Source: Octopus sinensis (taxonomy: Eukaryota). Taken from it: a DNA stretch of 64,000 nt. The translations under genes were made by a program, and so were the position numbers. The first letter of the stretch is position 1; each line of letters opens with the position of its first letter. The notes beneath the pieces are model-generated. The model made no database searches and was not told the origin of the DNA. It saw only the letters and a program-made list of their open reading frames with translations. Shown piece by piece: positions 12,335 to 26,060 of the stretch. The DNA lies in contig NC_042997.1 of the NCBI RefSeq assembly GCF_006345805.1, forward strand, positions 103,230,001-103,294,000, given 5' to 3'.

Positions 12335-12713
12335 TCTCTTATATAAAATCCGATCTGTCTGTCTGTCTGTGTGTGTGGCTTCTAGGATCTCGAGCATCCT
12401 CCATCCGATTGCGCTCAAATTTGATATGTAGATACCGACGGTATCAGGGCGTGTATAAAACTTGAAAAAAATTACAAAAATCGATTCCAGTTGAGAATGC
12501 GATCGATAAAGCCGTGGGAAATCGTTTTTCTTTGGAATAGAAAAAAGTCTATCTTTATTTCTTCTTTTGCTGGTGTCTCAAATTTAGGTTAAATCAGCGT
12601 TTCTCAAAGGGGGTACCTATGGGACGGTCGGACAAGTTGTTTTGAGGAAATTTGGTTTATATGTTTGACAACTCAGCACCGTCCATTGTACGGGGGCGGG
12701 GGCGTTCTACTCG
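12335..12713 (+). mobile_element. Short non-autonomous Helitron-like element
   Basis: A|TC start, TATATAAAA, (CTGT)n, CCGATTGCGCTCAAATTTG motif, and a G-rich 3' end with degenerate CTCG|T terminus. Confidence 0.6.
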
Positions 12714-13299
12714 TATAATATATATGTTGTGCTTAGCAGTGTTATTTTCTATATGCTGTGACTATTTGTTAGCCCTAGGATTTGGGTTACCTATTTGTCT
12801 GCATGCTTTTTTTAAAAAATCATTCCCAAAGTACCTATAACTATAGGGACTGCATCTGTTCTCAGAACCTGCGCTCAGGTTATTTGTATCTCTTATGTTA
12901 AGATGATTACTCCATCTCATTTAGAAATACATTATCCTCTGATGGACCTGATTGACTATCTGTTACACAATCACTTAGCCCACGAGTGACTTAAGTAGAG
13001 GTCAATCTGGTGTAAGCCATCAGGCTAGGCCACACATCTGAAGCTTACTATCTCTCCGTCTTCTACCCGCTTAAGACATGAGCACTGTACTTTCTCGTCT
13101 GACTAAATGGTTAATACCTCCAGTAAAACCCTACCGGCATTCACTAAAATATTTTATTGGAAACATCGTTTGGCGTTGTTGCTTAACGATAAGTCATCCC
13201 TGATTAAGGATACTAATGAAAAGAGCCATTTCAGCCATAACCATTGCGTCTCCTACACACATACATACATACATACATAAAAAAAACATACATACATAC

Positions 13300-13399
13300 N
13301 NNNNNNNNNNNNNNNNNNNNNNNNNNNNNNNNNNNNNNNNNNNNNNNNNNNNNNNNNNNNNNNNNNNNNNNNNNNNNNNNNNNNNNNNNNNNNNNNNNN
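13300..13399. other. Assembly gap (100 N)
   Basis: Direct reading. Confidence 1.
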
Positions 13400-14369
13400 A
13401 TGTATCAGTCTATATAATGGGTAACTGCACGTACATATACTTAATATTTATTATTTACTTTTTGAGTATACATGTATGAATAACTGCGCGTATATATATC
13501 TTATTATTTACTTATTTTTTGAGTATGCATGTAAGTATGAATATAAGGAGGCGCGTGTGTGTGTGTGTATATGTAAGCATAGATATATGTATACTTTTAC
13601 GCATGTGTGTACTTATGTGTATATATGGATGCGCATGTGCGTGTGTGTGTATGGGTACGCATGTACATGTGTATGTGCGTGTATGTGTATATGTGTATGT
13701 ATGTATGTGTGTGCGTATATTTGTATATGTATGTATGTATATGTATGTATGTGTATGTATGTATATATATATATATGGGGGTGTGTATGTGTATAAATGT
13801 ATGTATGTATGGATGTATGGATGTATGTATACGTATGTATGTGTATGTGTGTATATGTATGTATGTGTATGTGTGTATATATATATGTGTATATATATAT
13901 ATGTATATATATATATATGTATATATATGTGTATATATATGTATATATATATATATATATGTATGTATTTGTATGTAGGTGTATATGTATGTGTGTATAT
14001 ATATTTATTGGTGTATATGTATAGACTAGCCTTCTAAGAGTGTAGACATGAATCTGTAGGTACGCGTACGTATGTGTATATACGTGAATGTATGTAGATG
14101 TATGTATGTATGAATATAACGCGTGCGTGCGTGTATGTGTATGAGTGTACGAATGAGTGAGTGTACGTGCTAATGAGTGTGCGTGCGTGAATGAGTGCTT
14201 GTTTGCAAGTAGACAGATAAATGGACTTGCTGTCATAGCCAAGATGCTTGGGACCAGCGGTCAAAGATAACAAAGTAATAAATGAAGATAATAAAATTAA
14301 AATTAGGGAATGGGTCGTATTTGTATGTATATATATGTGTGTATGTGTAGTATGTATAGGTACAATATG

Positions 14370-14400
<31 letters not shown>

Positions 14401-14747
14401 ATTATGTGTATGTATATATATGTGTGTATGTGTATATATGTGTATATAGGGACTAGTGTGCTGTTGTGCATGTGTGTATGTGGATATGTGTGTATGCGTG
14501 TATGTGTATGTGTGTGTATGTATATTATTTTCTGTGGTGTATTGTATGTGTGGTCGTGTGTTGTATATATACATGTGTGTATACGTGTATGCTGTGAGTG
14601 AGTGTATGTATATATATATGGTATGTGTAGATATGTATATGTATGTGTATGTGTATATATATGTATATGTGTGTGTGTGTGATGTATGTGTGTATGTATA
14701 TAGTATGTATGTGTGTGTATATATGTATACATATGTGTATAGGTATA
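13400..14747. repeat. Degenerate (GT)/(TA)/(TATG)n tract with a small complex island near 14200-14310
   Basis: Direct reading. Confidence 0.93.
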
Positions 14748-14950
14748 AGTGAGAATCTCCTTATTTACCTAAAACTCTATTTTTTTATATATATTTTTTA
14801 TTTTTTTATTTATTCTTTATCAATTTACCACTGACTCCTGGACCACTCCCAAGTATGATATTTTGAGCTATGCCTACCCCCAAAAAGTCCCCCACCACCA
14901 CCCTTTAAACCTGCCTAAATGTATAAATGCCAATACAATTCTTGTTAACT

Positions 14951-15001
14951 AGCTTCCTGAAGATTTCTCTTGAATGAAACAGTTCTAGTCCTGTAGAAGC
15001 T
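14951..15001 (+). ncRNA. Type I hammerhead ribozyme-like motif
   Basis: Stem I AGCTTC/GAAGCT, CTGAAGA core, stem II TTC/GAA, GAAA, stem III ACAG/CTGT with 8-nt loop, GUA site, AATAAA at 15012. Confidence 0.72.
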
Positions 15002-15084
15002 CCTTCTATATAATAAATTAATTTTACTCTGCTATGTATTGAGTACCTTATTTACTGTGGTTAACCCCGAATCAACCTGGACCT

Positions 15085-15151
15085 ACATATATATATATAC
15101 ATATATATATACATATACATATATATATATACATATATCTATACCTACATT

Positions 15152-15230
<79 letters not shown>

Positions 15231-15450
15231 TATATATATATACATATATATACTATATATAATATAATATACATATATACCATATATATATATCATACAT
15301 ATATATATATATATATATACATAATATATATTAGATATATATATATATATACATATTATACATATATATATATACATATATATATATTACATATATATAT
15401 ACATACATATATATATACATATATAATATATACATATATATACATATATA
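15085..15450. repeat. (TA)n tract
   Basis: Direct reading. Confidence 0.97.
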
Positions 15451-18341
15451 TGAGACCCACCGTGACAACTCCCACTTGGAAGCCGAAGTGAGAGTGAAGA
15501 ATTTCACACCATCCGCGCGGATCGTATCGGCAGGAGGAAGGGTGGAACTGCCATTTTCCTGCATGATTCCTTTACGGCAGATGGAAATAGTATATTCTCC
15601 AACGGCTACTGTGAATCAGTCACCGTGCACAACAAAGCCAATGACCTGACAGTAATTGGGCTCTATAGGCCGCTCCAAACACCCATACTGTGCTTTAAAG
15701 AATGCCTCAACAGCATTAAGTGCTTTATTCAACAGTGCCATTCTAGCAACATACTCATGATGGGAGACTTCAATCTACCCTGTGTTGACTGGTCTACAAA
15801 CTGTTTGAAACCAAGCACTCCCGCCTCAACCGCTGACAAAGAAGCAGCAGAGTCACTTTTCGACTTTACGAATGAGTTTTTCTTGTCCCAACTTGTCCTT
15901 GCACCAACAAGACATCAGAACATTTTGGACCTAGTGTTTAGTAATCACACTAACACTATACATACGTTACAGTGCAAAAAACCCTTTTCAGACCATGACA
16001 TGGTTCTCTGTAACATGAAATTCCACAGCCGAAAGCTAATCCTAGTGACCTTCTCCAGCCCACCCATTTGACAACATGGATCTCCATAATGCCAACTGGG
16101 ATGCAATCAGGAACGATCTATCACATGTTTGACTGGTCCTTTACACATACGCAATCTCCACCAACCATAAAACATCTTGGCAGATCTTTGTAGACACCGT
16201 CACAGACATATGTGCAAAACACTCCCCCACCAAGACCTGTGAACAAAAAGTGCAGAATCCCCAAAAAACAGAAAAACCATTATCAGAAAAATAAAAAGAA
16301 CAAACAAAAAAATTAACAAACTAAAGTACTGCCAACAGCAACACACATTCGACGGCTATCGCACTGCTTGAATCCAAAAAATATAACCTCCAACAATGCA
16401 TGAAGACCCTCATCAATAACCAAAGATCAGCTGAGGAGTAGTGGGCCATGAAATTGAAAAAATCAACTCAACCCCAAAGTGTTCTTTTCATTTGCGAGGA
16501 AACGCAGGGTCACTGTCTCCACTGTAGGCCCTCTAATTGACGAACTGGCACTCTCCAAGATAATGCCAAATCCATGGCCGAGATACTGCAGAAACAATAC
16601 TGCTCTGTTTTCAGCATCCTGATATGGCCGATCTGGGCTGTATCAGTGATGTCAACCCCCAACACACTATCGGACATAACGTTTAGTGCCCCTGATGTCT
16701 TAGCGGCGATAAACGAAATGAAACACAATTCAGCAGTAGGCCCCGATAGGTTCCCTGCTTGTGTCCTGAAGGTGTGTCGACACAACTTGCATCTCCCCTT
16801 GCTAATCTGTGGAGAAACTCACTGGATGCTGGCTATATTCCAAAAAACCTTCTGTCCCAGTCTGTGTCCCAGTTTTCAAAAAGGAAACAAGTCCCTTGCA
16901 GTGAACTACCGTCCGATCTCACTCACCTCTCATATCATCAAGGTATTTGAGAGGGTGGGGAGATCTCGAATAACCAATTTCTGGAAAGCAACAGACGGCT
17001 GATCTCCAACCAACATGGGTTCCGTAATGGAAGGGACTGCTAACGCAGCTCCTGCATCACTTTGATGACATTTTGAGAGCTTTGGGAGAGGGCTCCAACA
17101 CCGATGTCATCTACCTTGATTTCAGTAAGGCCTTCGACAGGGTCGATCACAAGATCCTATTGAAAAAACTATCCAACATTGGTGTCTCTGGAAAGTTACT
17201 GAAATGGATCAAGTGTTTCCTGACACTGACAGATCTCAACATGTTGTAGTTGAAGGGGTAAAATCAAGCCCAGCCAAAGTCAGTAGTGGCGTTCCGCAAG
17301 GCACTGTGCTGGGCCCACTTCTTTTCATCATTTACATTAATGACTTAATGACATCATCAAGCACAGCAACTAAAATCTTTGCAGATGACTCCAAGCTACA
17401 GAAGGTCATAAATGAGGCGAGTGACCGACATGCCTTCAGTCAGATCTACTGGCTGTTATCCAATGGGCAGAAAAAAACAATATGCTGCTGAACGAGGATA
17501 AATTTGAGTTAATCCACTTGGCAAAGAGGATGCCCTGAAACTCCCATACTCCCTTCCTTCAGGTGAAACTCTCGCGGCGTCCAACAACATCAGAGACTTG
17601 GGAGTAATTGTGGACAACAACATAAGCTGGGCCACTCATATAAAACACAAAGTTGACATGGCCCGCAGAATGTGTTCCTGGATTCTCAGAAATTTCCAGT
17701 CGAGAGGATATCCACACCATTATCCTTCTCTTCTCCACTTTTGCCCGACCCCACCTTGAATACTGTTGTCCACTGTGGTCTCCCCACCAATACAAGGTAT
17801 CATAAAAGTTGAAGCACCTCAAAGGGCAATCACAAAAAAGATAGATGGCATGACAGGCCTCGACTATGGGGTCGATTAGAAAAGCTAAAACTTTATTCTC
17901 TCCAACGTCGTCGTGAGCGCACATCATCTGCATGATGTGGAAAATTTTCCATCAGCATTGCCCAAATGATGTTGGCATACCTTTAGGGTACATCCAAGGC
18001 TGGGCCCCGTGCCATCCGCCAAAACAAAAATCGCACTCTCATCTCATAACAACAATACGGCACAATTATTTCACCTCAATTGGCCCCGCTCTCTTTAACA
18101 TTACACACAAAACACATTAAAACAGAAACTGACCTATAGGGTTCAAGAAGTCTTTGGACAGATTCCTTCAAGAAATCCCGGATAAACCCCTACACCCGGA
18201 TATGTCTCTGTAAACAATAACTCTCTACTTGAGTGGGCCATAGTGCCCAAATTCTGACTTGAAAGACTTCACCAGGTGGTGCTATTAAGTTAGACATGGC
18301 CTGGGCCAATAATGGCCGAAACCTATCAAAGTATCAAAGTA
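15451..18341 (+). mobile_element. CR1-group LINE family 1, copy A: 5'-truncated ORF2 (APE + RT), frameshifted, (AAAGTATC)n tail
   Basis: APE motifs GLYRP, MGDFNLP, PTRHQNILDLV and SDH; RT motifs NYRPISLTSHIIKVFER, YLDFSKAFD, GVPQGTVLGPLLF and FADD; C-terminal RPHLEYC; 8-bp tandem tail. Confidence 0.92.
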
Positions 18342-18358
18342 TACATACATATAATATA

Positions 18359-18389
<31 letters not shown>

Positions 18390-18590
18390 CATATATATAT
18401 ATACATATATATATATACATATATATATATACATATATATATATACATATATATATACATATATATATATACACATATATATATACATATATATATACAT
18501 ACATATATATTAATATACATATATATATATACATTATATATACATATATATATACATATATATATATACATATAATATATATATAACATA

Positions 18591-18638
<48 letters not shown>

Positions 18639-18680
18639 ATATACATATATATATAACATATAGTATATATATATAACATA
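18342..18680. repeat. (TA)n tract
   Basis: Direct reading. Confidence 0.97.
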
Positions 18681-18804
18681 TAGCGTCAATAATACTTTAA
18701 TTTTCCACGTCTGCGTTGCTGTGTTTTTTTTCTTTTCTTTTTCTGTGTTTTCTTGTTTGGATTAACTATATATACATATACATATATACATATATATATA
18801 TATA

Positions 18805-20056
18805 CATTAATAATAACAAAATAATGGAAACACCTAGCATCATAGCATCATAATTTTGAAATATCTATAAAACCGTCAAAAACCGTTTATTTTTTTGATT
18901 CATCATTAGTATTGCTTAATATGTTTCGCTAAAATTGCCGTATCTTTTCCGATATCATCAGAAAGTGGTAATTAAAATTCATTTAAATAACAGATCTATC
19001 GGACTTTCAAAGGGGAAAAATTTTTGGTGCACGTATGGCAGGCGCTAGCGTAACGAAAACAGCCGAAATGTTTGGTTTATCAAGAAGTACTGTCTCGAAA
19101 GTAATGACAGCCTCTGAGAAAGATGGGAAACCTCTTCGTCGAAAGAAAACTCCGGAAGAAAACCAAAACTTTCAGACAGGGACCGTCGGACTCTTACATA
19201 CATTGTTAGAAAGGATCACAAAAGTGCAGCTCCCAAAATTAATGCAGAGCTTAATGACCACCTCGAGAACTCAGTTTCCACAAAACTGTTCTTCTGGAGC
19301 TGCACAAAGTCGGATTTCACGGGGGGGGGGGGGTTGCAACCAGAAAATCACTACTTTCAAAAACAAACGCTGCAAAGCGTTTAGTGTGGAGTAAAACCTA
19401 CATAATCGGTCCCTAGAGCAGTGGAAGAATGATATTTTCTCAGACGAGTCGTCTTTACCTTATTTCCGACCACCGGACGAGTATACGTGTGGAGACAACC
19501 ATAAGAAGCACTTGACCCAGACTGCCTTCTTCCAACTGTTTAACATGGAGGAGAATCTGTGATGATCTGGGGATCTATATCTTGGAAATCCGCCGGCCCA
19601 CTGGTTTTCTTCCATGGCAGAATTAATAGTCAAGACTATTTAAGCACTTTATCTGATCAAATTTATCCTATGTTTGCAGAAATGTTTCCAGAGGGAAACG
19701 CAATCTTTCAGGATGATAATGCACCAATTTGTTACTGTATTGCACGAGGAACATTCTAGTGAAGTTGAAATCTTATCTGGCCGCCACAGTCCCCAGATCT
19801 CAATATTATTGAACATTTATAGTGCATTTTAGAAAAAGCAAGAAAGGATCGATATCTTCCACTATCATCACTACAAGAACTGGAGACTGTTTTAGCTGAA
19901 GAATGGACAAAAATTCCTTTGGAAACAGTTCAAACTTTGTACGAGTCCATACCTCGTAGAATTCAAGCCGTAATTACTGCCAAAGGCGACCCTACCCCAT
20001 ATTAAAATAAATTTGTTTGAAATTTTAAGGTGCTTCCATTCTTTTTCCAACCCCTG
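18805..20056 (+). mobile_element. Tc1-family DNA transposon, near full length, disrupted transposase (about 18988-20006)
   Basis: GASVTKTAEMFGLSRSTV HTH; IFSDES, SVMIWG, FQDDNAP and WPPQSPDLNIIEH motifs; right TIR GGTGCTTCCATTCTTTTTCCAACCCCTG|TA; decayed left TIR CA...CAAAATAATGGAAACACC. Confidence 0.9.
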
Positions 20057-20065
20057 TATATATAT

Positions 20066-20129
<64 letters not shown>

Positions 20130-20133
<4 letters not shown>

Positions 20134-21142
20134 AGACCAAAGTGTACGTACGCCGCTATATTTTTTATATATAAAAATACAAAAAAAGGGACAACAAAAC
20201 ATCCAGATAGACGATACAAAGCAAACATTCGGAATTTTCTTTCCTCAGTCGAGTTCCAGATTATCTTTGCAATTTCGGCTGGTTATACTCGAGATTGTTC
20301 CAATCTGGCCAGCCCCAAGGAAAACTAAGCTAAGAGCATTAGATTCCTTGGATAAAAGCAACGAATGTATACGAAAACAAGGACGAAAAAAAACGGAGAA
20401 TTTTACACAAATACAAATAGCAGGACATAACAACAGGTGCCTTTCGACTAAGGTCGAATTAAATTAAGCTGGCGTGTGTGGAAGTAAAGCCTTACGGTAG
20501 GAATACAAGATTTCACAGGCACAGGGAGGAATATAGATGTTGCACGGATGGTAGCCGAACCAAGAAAGGAAGGTCAAGTTTGGCGTAATCAAGGGTACAA
20601 ATACCAGCATATCTTGAAATAAGAGTCGAAAAATGCTCAAATAGTTCACAATATCACTGTAAATTTAACAAGTTGATGAAAATCGAGGAGCGAGTAAAAG
20701 CCAACCTACTATTGCGGGGGAAATGACGCAAATGAATAGCAGATATACCCATATCCCGTGATTTTAAAGTCTGAGATTATTACTCTTAGTTCTCATCAGT
20801 GGGCCTCACTTCCTCCTGTTAAACTAATACCCGCTTCGTCATGCTTGTTAAAATCGTTGAAAGACTAGCGCCAAATTCAAATGATAGAAGTATATAATTA
20901 CACGTAAATAAAGATATCATTATTAATAAATAGTAATCATATAAGTGGCTAGCAAGCATAAAAACCAAAAGTAAAATTTATAAATTTATAATCAAAGGCA
21001 GAAATACCAGCGTTGCTAGAAATAAAAGTCGAAAAATACTCGATGTTCGTCTACTTGTTGAATTTACAGTGATATTGTGGATTATATGAGTATTTTTCGA
21101 CTCTTATTTCTAGTAACGCTAGTACTTGTAGCTTTGATTATA
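20130..21142. mobile_element. Non-coding interspersed-repeat fragments with internal inversions, probably Penelope-like pseudo-LTR
   Basis: One 55-100 bp unit is present at 20586 (+), 20987 (+) and 21039-21142 (-). The PLE assignment is inference. Confidence 0.5.
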
Positions 21143-23538
21143 AATATATAAATTGGTGTTTATATTGCATTCCTTAATATCCAGTGATTTAGTGGTTTGA
21201 CGTATAGAATTAATAAAGCAAGTACCCGATTGAAATAAGTAATTCTGTCGATTCCGATGTAATTGACAAAAATTCCTTCAGGTGGCGTTTCAGCATGAAG
21301 AGTTAAAAATTAGACTTGATGTGTAGTTAAGAAATTCGCTTTACACTGGTATGGTTTCGAGTTCAATCATAAGGTGCAACACTTTGGGTAAGTTTTCTCT
21401 GCTTTAGTGTCTGGTATATTAAAGATTAACGATTGGCGTTTGATAAACGGAAATTAAATGGAAGTTTCTCACACTTCCACATAATTTTCGTCCACCAAAT
21501 TTCCTGTGAAAGAACTTGGTCAGCCGACGTTAGAAATATCACTCTCGGGTGTGTGTCAATGAAGAGGATCATATGACAGCTATCTCTGGTCAAAGTTCTG
21601 TGTGACATCCAAATCCTGAAATGTAATATTGCACATTGTACAACCAGTGGCAGTAGCTGCAAAAAGCATATACGTCATAAGAACACAATCCTGACACGAG
21701 CTAAATGGTATACATGAACAGACAAATAACAAACGAAAAACACACGCCATCTATCATGTGCTATTGAAATTAAAACTAGATATATTTTTCCGGCGATTCT
21801 TTGATAATTTCTTCAGATTTCTTTTCATAAAAGAGATCAAAGAAATTAGTTGATTGCATAACCGTTAATCTGCTTCTCTTCACTGTTTAATTTTTATTGC
21901 TTATAGGATACATTTTCATTTATAAGGATTCTAAAATAAGAAAATGAAAGATAAAAAGGAAAAGAGATATAGAAAATATGAGAGGTTGGATGTATAAAAG
22001 AAGGTTATTAATATGTATTATCTTTTCCGTTTGACTAGTCATTTAATCTATATTTGGGCAGGAGATAAACAAAGCATCAAGCCTGTACATGCAAACAGCA
22101 TCAGATGAACTTTAAATAACTCTCATTGAAGGAATCATTGTTGTTTTATACTCCAATCAAAACACAAGACGAATGCTATATCTGATCAATCGTGACACGA
22201 CATTAAGCATATAGGTTAACTTCATATAAACATTATTCACAGCTGAGAATCCTCCGATAAACACTTCAAATGCAGCTGCTTCAGATTTTAAAGAATACTT
22301 TATTGTTTAAGCAATTAAAGCGCGTCGTTCAACCGTCGAGATATTGAGTGGGCGGTAGATAACATAATAACGTTTCAAATTTTGATTAGATCGACCGCAG
22401 TATTCAACAGCTTCTAATTAAAGGTAAAGTCGAACTAAGAAAAGAAAGACGGATGAAATTCCACTAAACATTGTGCGCGGTGTGCTAACGATTCTGCTAA
22501 CTAGCCGCCTTAAAAGAGCGCACAATATTAATACCGTATTATTTTAGCATTTCAATACCTACGTTTGGTTAAACCTGTTCACGTTCTTTCGATGTCACTG
22601 GGAAGTCCCTGAAAAACAAAAACAAAAAGAAATACAACCGCAATAACAAAATAACAAAAGAACTCGTGTGCTTTATTTCAAAAGAAACATTTAAATATTC
22701 CTTGGTTTATAAAATAAAATTAATGTACGCTACGCTTTTTCTGAAGTCAATATATTAAAATCCTGCATTTACGTTTATTATGTTGATCAAAATTTGCGTA
22801 AATATTTCATGTCTTGAATAATACCACGGAGTATCATCCATGTAATAAGCAATATTGGCTAATGATTATTGTATATTTAAAGTACTAAAAATAGCTTACG
22901 GTATTTTTTGTAAAATATAATCAGCCGTTACGAGAAAGTAGCATTATTTCCAAGTTAAAGTGAATCCACATTTTTGGGCTCTTTAGTGCGAGAGTTTGAA
23001 ACGATTTTAACTCAACTTCGAGTCTAATGAAGAAGAGCCATTTTAGCAATCTAATAACTCACAAAACTTTTCCGATTCACTCTAAATGAATTTTAAAGAT
23101 CAAAACTTTTCATCGCATAACTGCTTCTGGAACTGTTGCAGTGGAACTTATGTGAGTAACCATACTGTAGATGCGCTACGAAACATTTGATACTCTACAA
23201 AGTAAAGTGAATTTAACAGTTTTGTGTATAATTAAATAGCGAGGATGGTTCTTAACAATGTGTAATTATTTCGGTTCCAACTTACATTACCTGAGCAAGT
23301 CTCTTGCTAGACAATTATAACTCTGAAATATCTGTAGATATAAATGAATATATGAATATGTGTATATATTTGATCTTTCTGTGTGGACTTTAGTAATGTT
23401 CCTTTAGTTACTGCTCGCATTGCTTCCGCTCAGATTAAGAAGTGGAATATAGCTCATTTGGAGCATTACAACTCCAGGCTGTTTTATATTTGGAGTATTG
23501 TTATTACTAGCGATCTCTAGATATAATTGTGTATTTTG

Positions 23539-23581
<43 letters not shown>

Positions 23582-24061
23582 ATATATATATACACACATT
23601 CATGTATATGTATATATACATATATACATACACACACATACATTACACATATATATGCATATCTATCTATCTTTCTATCTATCTATATTTATTTACAAAT
23701 TTTGTACAATTATACAAGCAATTACATGTGTGTGCGTGGGTGTGTCATTGCGTTTGTGCATGTATATGTATAATACTAAAGAAAAAGTGCATTATATATG
23801 GGCGAACAAAAAATAACAGATAGGGAAAAATCGATCCCATGAATATGCATTCAGCTTATAACTGCCAATGTTTTTCTTGCACCATCAAACAATTGTGAAA
23901 ACTAACAACTTTATTAATCAATAAAAACAAAACCGTATAATTTCGGCATGTTGATCGGTTCTTGAAGTATTTTGGAAGGAATATAATCAATACATTAGGA
24001 TTTACACTTTCTGGTGATATATTTAGATAACAAATTACGAGTTTAACATTTCTAAGTATTT

Positions 24062-24693
24062 AAGGCGGCGAGCTGGCAGAAACGTTAGCACGCCGGGCGA
24101 AATGCGTAGCCGTATTTCGTCTGCCGTTACGTTCTGAGTTCAAATTCCACCGAGGTCAACTTTGCCCTTCATCCTTTCGGGGTCGATTAAGTAAGTACCA
24201 GTTACGCACTGGGGGTCGATATAATCGACTTAATCCGTTTGTCTGTCCTTGTTTGTCCCCTCTATGTTTAACCCCTTGTAGGTAGTAAAGAAATAGATAT
24301 TTCGTCTGTCTTTACGATCTGAGTTCAAATTCCGCCGAGGTCGACTTTGCCTTTCATCCTTTCGGGGTCGATAAATTAAGTACCAGTTGCGTACTGGGGT
24401 CGATCTAATCGATTGCCCCCGCTCCTAAAAACTTTCGGGCCTTGTGCCTAGAATAGAAAAGAATATTTCTAAGTATTTAAGGCGGCGAGTTGGCAGAAAC
24501 GTTAGCACGCCGGGCGAAATTCTTAGCGGTTTTTGTGTCTATATTATCTGAGTTCAAATTTCGCCGAGGTCGACTTTGCATTTCATCATTTCGGGGTCGA
24601 TAAATTAAATATCAGTTGCGTACTGGGGTCGATCTAATCGACTGGCTCCTCTCCCAAAAACTTTCGGGCCTTGTGCCTAGAATAGAAAAGAAT
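24062..24693 (+). mobile_element. Tandem SINE family B array: a dimer (24062-24464) plus a monomer (24479-24693)
   Basis: Three cores; the flanking word ATTTCTAAGTAT occurs at 24048, 24465 and 24694. Confidence 0.9.
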
Positions 24694-25041
24694 ATTTCTA
24701 AGTATCTACAATAAATTAAAAGTATTTTCAGATCTTTTTACAAACTATTTTCAACTGCGTAGTTCAAAACATCAATAGATAAAACATTTGTAAGACCCTG
24801 AAGTATAATGACGGGACGATCATGTATACATATTCATTGATTGATTGATTGGTTAATTAATTGATTGATTGACGCTTACTGGGGATTTAATGAATAGATG
24901 AACCGACTCTCAAGATTATTTGTTCTTATCTGCTTTCAAATGCAGCTTTTCTTCGATGAGTTATGCGTCGTTTTCTAAATTCATACAAATGACCTCAAAA
25001 AAGTGAAAACCTTCGAACCTTGTAGATATATATATATGTAG

Positions 25042-25072
<31 letters not shown>

Positions 25073-25116
25073 TATATGTAGATGTAGATATGTATATGTA
25101 GATATAGTATATGTAG

Positions 25117-25151
<35 letters not shown>

Positions 25152-25334
25152 GTAGATATATATATGTATATGTAGATATATATATATATATGTATATGTA
25201 GATATATATATATGTATATGTAGATATATATATATATGTATATGTAGATATATATATATATATATGTATATGTAGATATATATATATGTATATATATGTA
25301 TATGTAGATATATATATATGTATATATATGTATA

Positions 25335-25479
25335 TTACCCTCGCCCATTTATTATATTCAGTAGTGTAATTGGCATGCGATAAAAACATTTGTTTATTAG
25401 TGATTGGGTATTCTACCAGCAGTATATTGGATAGATATTATCCCTTAGTGGTTGGGTTCACAACCTCTAACTCTCTTGG

Positions 25480-25526
<47 letters not shown>

Positions 25527-25652
25527 GAACCCAACCACTAAGGGATAATATCTATCCAATATACTGCTGGTAGATTACCCAATTATTAATACAGAAATGT
25601 TTTTTATCGCATGCGAATTACACTATTGAATATAATAAATGGGCGAGGGTAA
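25335..25652. repeat. Long inverted repeat, about 129-bp arms around a 59-bp spacer containing (TA)n
   Basis: 25335-25463 is the near-perfect reverse complement of 25523-25652. Confidence 0.95.
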
Positions 25653-26027
25653 AAAGTTGTTTTACCCTTAATTCATACGGCAATAAGAAAACGGAGGGGA
25701 TCAAGAGGTGGTAATCATCAAGTTTTAGACGTTATATTATGTCTATTTATTTATTTTAAAACAAAGCAATTATAATGATATACACGTATATCAGATTATG
25801 CTTTACATATATAAAAATACTAGTAATTATTAAAATATATAACGTAGAGCAGAGAAAGTAGAATAGTTTCTTACAACTGTTTCAGCCAAGAGGTCATAGT
25901 ACCCCACTTTACTTCTATCCCTTCAGTGAACTGAAGTATTTGGTAGATAAAATTAAGGTACATCGGTGTGCCTCTGGGCTTCGTCACAGAGTTTAGGAAG
26001 TTCATAAGGTTAAGTTATAAATATAAG

Positions 26028-26060
<33 letters not shown>

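Noticed and set aside
13476-14834. Long ORFs rich in Y/I/M/C/V/H/T here and at 33492-34576, 39652-40889 and 46478-47881
   Set aside because: They are stop-free translations of dinucleotide and tetranucleotide microsatellites, not genes.
18290-18330. GGCC...GGCCGAAAC at the CR1 3' end as a hammerhead
   Set aside because: There is no CTGANGA core; it is better explained as the LINE 3' stem-loop.
21426-21662. 78-aa ORF with a possible splice acceptor in the less repetitive 21.2-23.5 kb stretch
   Set aside because: No recognisable domain or partner exons; a small host exon cannot be excluded without RNA-seq.
25865-25932. Minus-strand hammerhead-like remnant (a weaker one also near 20740-20805)
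   Set aside because: The core is altered and stems I and II cannot be paired convincingly; kept out of the count but relevant to the strand-bias test.
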